DNA of 64,000 nt, taken from assembly GCA_050013255.1 (NCBI GenBank), contig JBEKFP010000001.1, forward strand, positions 448,001 through 512,000, given 5' to 3'. The notes beneath the pieces were generated by a model. The model was given only the letters and a program-made list of their open reading frames with translations, was not told where the DNA came from and did no database searches. Position numbers and translations under genes: made by a program. Positions 57,475 through 64,000 of the stretch are shown piece after piece. Positions within the stretch are counted from its first letter, which is position 1. Every line of letters begins with the position of its first letter. The stretch comes from Candidatus Bathyarchaeia archaeon (GTDB lineage Archaea > Thermoproteota > Bathyarchaeia > 40CM-2-53-6).

Positions 57475-58057
57475 AATGAAGGTCTTGATAGTAGATAATT
57501 TCGATTCGTTCGTATACAACCTCGCGCAGTACGTAGGCCAACTAGGAGCCGAACCTATCGTCTGCAGAAATAATCAGATCACCTTGCGGCAAGCAGAAGA
57601 ACTAGGACCCGACCGAATCATCCTATCGCCTGGCCCAGGCAGACCTGATGACCGCAGATATTTCGGCATCTGCTTGGACATAATAAAGAAACTAAGCCCC
57701 GGCGTCCCCACGCTCGGCGTGTGTCTAGGGCATCAAGGTATAGCGTACGCATTCGGCGGTTCAATAGTACCCGCGAAACGGTTGATGCATGGAAAAACTA
57801 GTTTGATTGAACATGAAGGCGGCGGGTTGTTCAAAGCTGTTGAGAACCCGCTCCGGGCAACTAGGTACCATTCCTTAGTTTGCGAAAGAAAGAGCCTTCC
57901 AGAGTGCTTGGAAGAGACCGCAACATCAATCGACGATGGTGAGATCATGGGATTTCAGCATCGAAAGTATCCGATATATGGCGTCCAGTTCCACCCCGAA
58001 TCCATCCTCACTTCTGAGGGCCTAAAGATTATCAGAAATTTCCTGGATGGATCCTGA
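57464..58057 (+). CDS. trpG: Anthranilate synthase component II
   Basis: DNFDSF.YNL, SPGPG, GVCLGHQ, RYHSL, QFHPES; start may be ATG 57476. Confidence 0.96.
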   Translation: MGYEMKVLIVDNFDSFVYNLAQYVGQLGAEPIVCRNNQITLRQAEELGPDRIILSPGPGRPDDRRYFGICLDIIKKLSPGVPTLGVCLGHQGIAYAFGGSIVPAKRLMHGKTSLIEHEGGGLFKAVENPLRATRYHSLVCERKSLPECLEETATSIDDGEIMGFQHRKYPIYGVQFHPESILTSEGLKIIRNFLDGS

Positions 58058-58059
58058 GA

Positions 58060-59121
58060 ATGATCAGGGAAGCTATTCAACTGTTAGTGGACCGAAACGA
58101 CCTGCCCTTCGAACTCGCGCAGCAATCCATGCGAGAGATCATGGCAGGCGAAGCAACACCATCACAAATTGGGGCTTTTCTAACATCGCTTAGGATGAAG
58201 GGAGAAACTATCGACGAGATAACCGCCCTAGCAATGGTAATGCGGGAAAATGCAGTTCGAATCAACCCCCAGGTCAATGGAAGGACTGTTGATACATGCG
58301 GGACTGGAGGGGACCGACTGAAAACATTCAATGTGAGCACTGGTGCGGCGCTCGTCGCGGCCGGCGCAGGAGTGCCCATCGCGAAGCACGGCAACCGTTC
58401 GGTCACAAGCAAATGCGGGAGCGCGGACGTTCTGGAAGCGGTTGGAGTCAACCTAAACGTACCACCATCAGTGGTCCAGAAATCGATAGAGCAAGTAGGA
58501 ATCGGGTTCATGTTTGCGCCTGCATTCCACCCAGCAATGAAAAACGCAATCGCGCCACGTAGGGAAATAGGAATCCGAACAGTCTTCAACATCCTCGGAC
58601 CACTCACAAACCCAGCCAACGCAAACGCCCAAGTGCTAGGAGTTTACGATTCAAGTCTCGTCGAACCCATGGCGAAAGTGCTGCACAAACTCGGTACCGA
58701 AGAAGCCATAGTAGCACACGGCGTGGACGGCTTAGATGAAATATCAACTATAGGCAAAACGAAACTCGCGTGGTTGAAAGATGGAGAGATCACAACCAAG
58801 GAGATTACCCCGAAAGATCTGCACCTCAAACAAGCGCGGCCAAACGAAATCTCCGGTTTTGATGTCGACCAGAGCGCGAGGCTCCTGGTGAACATGCTCA
58901 ACGGGACGGAGGGCAAGCAATCTACACGGCTTGAAATGGTTCTTGCAAACGCCGCAGCTGCCATAGTTATTGGCGGAAAGGTCGACGACTTGGCGTCGGG
59001 TGTAGAGGTCGGACGTGAAGCCATAGCAAGTGGAAGGGCCTACGGCAAGCTCAAGCGACTAATTGAATGCACAAACGGCGATGCGTCAAGACTTGAGAGG
59101 ATAGAATCACAAAATGCCTAA
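58060..59121 (+). CDS. trpD: Anthranilate phosphoribosyltransferase
   Basis: DTCGTGGD, FNVST, KHGNRS, GSADVLE, RTVFNILGPLTNP. Confidence 0.97.
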   Translation: MIREAIQLLVDRNDLPFELAQQSMREIMAGEATPSQIGAFLTSLRMKGETIDEITALAMVMRENAVRINPQVNGRTVDTCGTGGDRLKTFNVSTGAALVAAGAGVPIAKHGNRSVTSKCGSADVLEAVGVNLNVPPSVVQKSIEQVGIGFMFAPAFHPAMKNAIAPRREIGIRTVFNILGPLTNPANANAQVLGVYDSSLVEPMAKVLHKLGTEEAIVAHGVDGLDEISTIGKTKLAWLKDGEITTKEITPKDLHLKQARPNEISGFDVDQSARLLVNMLNGTEGKQSTRLEMVLANAAAAIVIGGKVDDLASGVEVGREAIASGRAYGKLKRLIECTNGDASRLERIESQNA

Positions 59122-59890
59122 TCTGTTAACCAAGTTGATCGAAGATGCCGAAAGAAGGGTTCACACAGGTTACTACGATATCAGAGAAACCGTCGAGCAC
59201 GAACCCGTCAGCCTCAGACACGCACTCAAATCATCTCACGGGAACGCCATAATAGCTGAGATTAAACCGATTTCCCCCGCCCTCGGTCCACTCCGTCCAA
59301 GCATGGATCCAGTTGATGCGGCAATCAAGCTCGCCAAGGGTGGCGCAGTTGCTTTATCCGTCCTGACGGAACCAGACAACTTCGGCGGAAAGATAGAGAA
59401 CCTTCGACGAATTAGACGAAACGTAAACCTACCGCTGCTCATGAAGGACATAATCATTCATAGGTCACAGATTGATGCGGGCAAGAAATCTGGAGCCGAC
59501 TGCATCCTCCTCATCGAATCAGTTTTCTCAGCACATCCCACACCCTCCCTTGAAGGCCTGATTCATGAAGCACACCAAGAACAACTTGAGGTAGTCCTCG
59601 AAGTCCACAGCGAAGACGAATTGCAAAAAGCTCTGGCAAGCGAAGCGGACATTATCGGTGTAAATAACCGAAACCTCGCCACATTAGAAACCGACATCAA
59701 CACAACCGCACGATTAGTAGGCAGGATAAATCAAAGGGCTGGAAAGGTTCTCATAAGCGAGAGCGGTTTCGAGAACGCGAATGACATTCGCAAATTGAAA
59801 ACTGCAACAGTGGATGGATTCCTTATAGGTTCTTCAATTATGCTCTCAGAAAATCTGGAAACTAAAGTTCGTGAGTTCGTGCTCGCATAA
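59114..59890 (+). CDS. trpC: Indole-3-glycerol phosphate synthase
   Basis: IIAEIK..SP, LSVLTE, L.KD, LEVH, GVNNRNL, SESG. Confidence 0.95.
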   Translation: MPNLLTKLIEDAERRVHTGYYDIRETVEHEPVSLRHALKSSHGNAIIAEIKPISPALGPLRPSMDPVDAAIKLAKGGAVALSVLTEPDNFGGKIENLRRIRRNVNLPLLMKDIIIHRSQIDAGKKSGADCILLIESVFSAHPTPSLEGLIHEAHQEQLEVVLEVHSEDELQKALASEADIIGVNNRNLATLETDINTTARLVGRINQRAGKVLISESGFENANDIRKLKTATVDGFLIGSSIMLSENLETKVREFVLA

Positions 59891-59901
59891 GGAAATTTGC
59901 T

Positions 59902-60546
59902 ATGCGAGTCAAAATTTGTGGTTTAATGCGACCGGAGGATGTGCGGACTGCCTTTGACAGCGGCGCAGATGCTCTTGGTTTCGTAGTATCAAGCCCCTCT
60001 TCGCCAAGAAACCTGTCGCTCAACGCCGCACATAAATTAATGAAAAACGTTCCAGTCTTCGCAACGAAAGTGACGGTTACCTCCGCGAATGACCCGAGAA
60101 CTGTCGCCAAGATCTGTTCCAAGCTAAAGCCCGATACACTGCAACTTCATCGATACCGACAACAACTAGTAAGATTGATCAGGCGCAAACATCCTGAAAC
60201 TAAGCTTATCCTAGCCAAGGCTATCAGTGACCGTTCATCTCTGGGACTAGCAAGTTGGACATCAAGAGAATCGGACGCGGTTTTGGCCGATTCACCAAGC
60301 CCTAGCGGGATGGGCGGTACAGGCCGAACTCATGACTGGTACCTTACAGCCGCGCTTCGAGATAGAATATACCCACACCCACTAATCCTAGCTGGAGGAC
60401 TAACACCAATCAACGTTCAACAGGCCATCAGGAAAGTCAGGCCGTTCGCCGTCGATGTCTCAAGCGGCGTCGAAAAGACGATCGGAGTGAAAGACCGCAA
60501 GAAGATTCGTGACTTCATCAAGAAAGCAAAGGAGAGCGTATATTGA
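59902..60546 (+). CDS. trpF: Phosphoribosylanthranilate isomerase
   Basis: VKICG, SPR, QLH, GGTG...DW, LAGGL, DVSSGVE. Confidence 0.95.
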   Translation: MRVKICGLMRPEDVRTAFDSGADALGFVVSSPSSPRNLSLNAAHKLMKNVPVFATKVTVTSANDPRTVAKICSKLKPDTLQLHRYRQQLVRLIRRKHPETKLILAKAISDRSSLGLASWTSRESDAVLADSPSPSGMGGTGRTHDWYLTAALRDRIYPHPLILAGGLTPINVQQAIRKVRPFAVDVSSGVEKTIGVKDRKKIRDFIKKAKESVY

Positions 60547-61745
60547 TCCATCAACATTCCAAACCTGCGGATGGCAAATTCGGGAAATATGGTGGCCGTT
60601 TCGTCCCGGAAACTCTGATGAGTGCTCTTATCGAACTGGAAGAAGAATACACACGGCTAAAGAATGACCCTGAATTCAAGTCCCAGCTTGACTATCTTCT
60701 AAGAGAATTCGCAGGCCGACCAACGCCCCTGTACTATGCTGCGAACTTAACACGAAAGGCGGGAGGCGCGAAGATCTACATAAAACGTGAAGACTTGGCA
60801 CATGGTGGAGCACACAAGATCAACAATACGATTGGGCAGGCGCTCCTCGCGAAAGGAATGGGCAAGGAGCGAGTCATAGCCGAAACTGGGGCGGGTCAAC
60901 ATGGAGTCGCAAGCGCAATCGCTTGTGCCGCGCTAGGCCTGAAGTGCGAAGTTTACATGGGCTCAGAGGATGTGGAAAGGCAGAAGCTGAACGTTTTCCG
61001 CATGAACCTTCTAGGAACAAAGGTTCATACTGTACATTCAGGGTCGAAGACGCTCAAGGATGCGATAAATGAGGCCTTTCGAGACTGGGTAACAAACGTT
61101 GGGAACACCTACTATTTACTGGGCTCAGTCGTAGGCCCCCACCCGTACCCGACTTTGGTTAGGGATTTTCAAAGCGTCATCGGACTCGAAATTAAAGAGC
61201 AGATCCTGCGGAAAGAAGGACGCCTCCCAGATGCGATAGTTGCATGCGTAGGAGGAGGAAGCAACTCGATGGGAGCGTTCTACCCATTCATCGCTGACGC
61301 GCAAGTAGGCTTGTATGGTGTGGAAGCAGGCGGCCTAGGCTTAGCGTCTGGAAAACATGCAGCGACATTGTGCGCTGGACAAGAAGGCGTCTTTCATGGA
61401 ATGCTCACTTACATACTCCAAGATGAAGACGGCCAAATAGAATCAACCCACAGCATCTCCGCCGGCCTCGACTATCCTGGAGTTGGCCCAGAACACGCGT
61501 ACCTTAAGGCTACTGGCCGGGCTCAGTACACTTCGGCAACGGATCAACAGGCCCTAGAAGCCTTCATGGAGTTAAGCAGACTTGAGGGCATTATACCGGC
61601 CCTCGAATCTGCACACGCAGTACATTATGCAGTCATTCTAGCCTCTAAGATGCGCCGAGATCAACTCGTGGTGATTAACCTGTCAGGACGCGGGGACAAG
61701 GACGTCAATGTCGTCGCCAAGAGTTTGGGCGTAAAGATACAATGA
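60543..61745 (+). CDS. trpB: Tryptophan synthase beta chain (TrpB1 type)
   Basis: [51 protein letters not shown]. Confidence 0.98.
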   Translation: MIHQHSKPADGKFGKYGGRFVPETLMSALIELEEEYTRLKNDPEFKSQLDYLLREFAGRPTPLYYAANLTRKAGGAKIYIKREDLAHGGAHKINNTIGQALLAKGMGKERVIAETGAGQHGVASAIACAALGLKCEVYMGSEDVERQKLNVFRMNLLGTKVHTVHSGSKTLKDAINEAFRDWVTNVGNTYYLLGSVVGPHPYPTLVRDFQSVIGLEIKEQILRKEGRLPDAIVACVGGGSNSMGAFYPFIADAQVGLYGVEAGGLGLASGKHAATLCAGQEGVFHGMLTYILQDEDGQIESTHSISAGLDYPGVGPEHAYLKATGRAQYTSATDQQALEAFMELSRLEGIIPALESAHAVHYAVILASKMRRDQLVVINLSGRGDKDVNVVAKSLGVKIQ

Positions 61746-62554
61746 GAATCTCAGAATCATTCGCTCAACTGAAGAAGAAGGGCGAAGGTGCGCTCATTGC
61801 GTACCTGACAGTGGGTTACCCGACCCCGAAACAGACTCCGCGCCTAATAGGAGCCATGATCGAAGGCGGAGCGGACATTATCGAACTCGGCATCCCGTTT
61901 TCGGACCCGATTGCGGATGGGCCTACGATTCAAAACGCTGTCATGCGTTCCTTGGCGAGCGGAACTAAGCCACTCGATGCTCTCGAGATAGCTCAAGCAG
62001 TTCATGAGAAACATGACACGCCTCTAGTTCTAATGACTTACTTCAATCCTATCTACAGGGTAGGATTACGGAAATTCCTAAGCCTCGCCAAGAATTCCGG
62101 GATCTCTGGAATAGTCGTCCCTGACCTTCCTGTAGAAGAATCGAAAGATTACAAGAAGGAATGCGTTGCAACCAACATCGACACCATCTTCTTGGCTTCG
62201 CCTTCAACTCATCCGGACAGGCTTAAACAAATTCTGGCGCAAACTTCTGGTTACCTCTACCTGATTTCATTATACGGCGTCACAGGTGTCCGGTCAGCAG
62301 TCTCTGAGTCGGCGCTGGCTCTAATCAAGGAATACCGGGCCATTGTAGGAGGGGCCATACCCCTCGCCGTAGGATTCGGAATTTCCAAACCTGACCACGT
62401 AAAAGAAATGATCCACGCGGGAGCAGATGGAGCAATAGTGGGAAGCGCATTCGTGAAAATAATTGGCGAAAATTCGCGGAACATGCCTCGCTCCCTCAAG
62501 AAATTGGAAGGCCTCGTCAGGGCCATGAAGAAAGCAACAATAAAGACCAAATGA
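61742..62554 (+). CDS. trpA: Tryptophan synthase alpha chain
   Basis: [42 protein letters not shown]. Confidence 0.97.
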   Translation: MRISESFAQLKKKGEGALIAYLTVGYPTPKQTPRLIGAMIEGGADIIELGIPFSDPIADGPTIQNAVMRSLASGTKPLDALEIAQAVHEKHDTPLVLMTYFNPIYRVGLRKFLSLAKNSGISGIVVPDLPVEESKDYKKECVATNIDTIFLASPSTHPDRLKQILAQTSGYLYLISLYGVTGVRSAVSESALALIKEYRAIVGGAIPLAVGFGISKPDHVKEMIHAGADGAIVGSAFVKIIGENSRNMPRSLKKLEGLVRAMKKATIKTK

Positions 62555-62562
62555 GGTACGCG

Positions 62563-63282
62563 TCATAGGGCAATTGCCGAATGTGAACTTAGGAAGCTAC
62601 GAATTTTGAGAAAAACCGTGTCGAACATTTCTTCCGTCAGCTTCCCCGTCTGTGTGTTCTGCCGGCTTGGATGGTAAGACGCAGAAAGTGCCGGATAGGG
62701 ATCTGGAAGCTGGTAGAACGCTGCGTGGTGAAAACGCAGACCTTTCGTATCTAACCCCTTCTCCTTGAGGAGCCTGACGTAGGTATCGAATGCGACCCTT
62801 CCCAGCGCTAATATGACCTTAACATCGCTTAGGAGCCGCAGCTCCTCCGTCCAGTAACGCTTGCAGTTCCGAATCTCTGTGAGGGCTGGTTTGTTCTTAG
62901 GTGGAGCGCACCTTACAATCGCCGTCATGTATGCGCCACGAAGCTCGAGGCCGTCGTCCCGCCTGTTCGATGTTGCCTGATTAGCGAAGCCGTGTCGGTG
63001 CAAAGCAGCCATCAAGAATTGGGCCGAACCGTCCCCCGTGAACATCCTCCCAGTACGATTTCCGCCATGTGCAGCAGGAGCTAAACCGAGGATCAGGAGT
63101 TCAGCATGTGTGTCTCCAAAACCTGGCAGTGGCTTACCCCAGTAGTTCCAGTCAATGAATTGTCGGCGTTTCTTCTTTGCAACCAGTTTACAGTATCGCC
63201 TTAGCCTTGGGCAGATTTCGCATGAGATTGCAGCTGAGTTTAGGCGATTAAGTGACTTGAATGATACCGGGCGTTCAGGCAA
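62563..63282 (-). CDS. Uracil-DNA glycosylase family 5 (UdgB-like)
   Basis: C..CPRL, GLAPAAHGGNRTGR.FTGD, RCAPP.NKP, YHPSRQNT.TG. Confidence 0.92.
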   Translation of the reverse strand: MPERPVSFKSLNRLNSAAISCEICPRLRRYCKLVAKKKRRQFIDWNYWGKPLPGFGDTHAELLILGLAPAAHGGNRTGRMFTGDGSAQFLMAALHRHGFANQATSNRRDDGLELRGAYMTAIVRCAPPKNKPALTEIRNCKRYWTEELRLLSDVKVILALGRVAFDTYVRLLKEKGLDTKGLRFHHAAFYQLPDPYPALSASYHPSRQNTQTGKLTEEMFDTVFLKIRSFLSSHSAIAL

Positions 63283-63317
63283 AGCGACTGACCATTGGCT
63301 GACCTGTAGTAACCGGT

Positions 63318-63800
63318 TCAGAGGCCCTCTCCGGGCAGGCTGGAGTTAAGCCTTAGTCCTTGATATTGGTCGTCGCCAAAATACGTGAAGGTAACCGGCA
63401 GCGACCCAGTCCAATTCATTGGGAAATGAATTTCGAAATAACCATCCTGGCCAGTTGTTGAGACTTGGGTTTGGTATGCTCCATTCAGATAATATTGCAC
63501 GTAGATTTTCGACCCCGCCACGGGTTGTCCGGATGTCGTGTCAAGATAACCCTTCACACCCACGGCCACTCCTTTCTGGCTGATCGTGCTGATTGAGACA
63601 AGCAAGACGGTCTGCCCATGATTGGACAAGGGCGTTGTGGGTAAATTGACGAAGGTGGAGGGTGGAATCTGGCTTATGTTGCTAATCGTCACGAGGGCCC
63701 ACGCTGACATAGAAACCAGAATCACAAGAATGAGCAGAGCGACTATGCCCTTGACACTAGGGCGTTTTCTTCTAAGTTCCGCTTCATCATTGCTAGCCAT
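63318..63800 (-). CDS. Membrane-anchored Ig-like domain protein
   Basis: N-terminal TM; G.L....G.PV.G..I, TT..DGYF, Y.GD..Y motifs. Confidence 0.65.
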   Translation of the reverse strand: MASNDEAELRRKRPSVKGIVALLILVILVSMSAWALVTISNISQIPPSTFVNLPTTPLSNHGQTVLLVSISTISQKGVAVGVKGYLDTTSGQPVAGSKIYVQYYLNGAYQTQVSTTGQDGYFEIHFPMNWTGSLPVTFTYFGDDQYQGLRLNSSLPGEGL

Positions 63801-64000
63801 CGCAGTACACATCGGCGGATTTGAAAATCGCCTGCAAACGCCCCAATCAGAGTTAAAGTCTTTCCGGCGCTCAGGCGGCACGGAGCAAATGGCCGCTCGT
63901 TGTGTGCACAAATTTATCTATAGCGAGCCGAATGCTCTGGCGGAGTTTGCAATATTGTCTGAAGCCACGGTTCCTGTCCTAATTTTGAGAGAAGGCGCAA

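Noticed and set aside
1-64000. CRISPR arrays, tRNA/rRNA genes, transposases, integrases, defence islands
   Set aside because: No repeat-spacer periodicity, complete cloverleaf or mobility/defence motifs seen by eye; short RNAs could have been missed

Overview
Gene-dense chromosomal segment of a TACK-type archaeon. Bathyarchaeia-like is my inference from gene content, not a demonstrated assignment. Contents in order: the conserved replication/translation cluster (PCNA 3' end, priL, priS, GINS, rpl44e, rps27e, aIF2-alpha, nop10) interrupted by an S8 protease and a Rieske ferredoxin; a eukaryote-like STT3/AglB with an OSTC/OST3-6-like gene 3 kb away; gcvT/gcvH, carS, radB and a Clp1-type kinase; an archaeal aspartate-semialdehyde/DKFP shikimate operon (ask-asd-aroA'-aroB'-aroD-aroE-aroK-aroA-aroC) facing a chorismate mutase-aminotransferase fusion and tyrA; a MoxR/DUF58/DUF4129 operon; tmk, GGPP synthase and Hef; a surface-protein locus bracketed by two ABC-2 exporters; pduO; trpEGDCFBA; and a family-5 UDG. 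Main hypothesis: the first gene of both aromatic amino-acid operons (aspartate kinase and trpE) has no start codon near its conserved N-terminus. Each is overlapped by a short SD-led leader ORF with Tyr/Trp codons, and the enzyme frame is exactly +1 from the leader, with an NTT-T site (CTT-TGG; ATT-TAC). This suggests amino-acid-sensing +1 ribosomal frameshifting or leader-peptide control. All assignments are from motif recognition by eye; no searches were run. No rRNA, tRNA, CRISPR array or mobile element was recognised.
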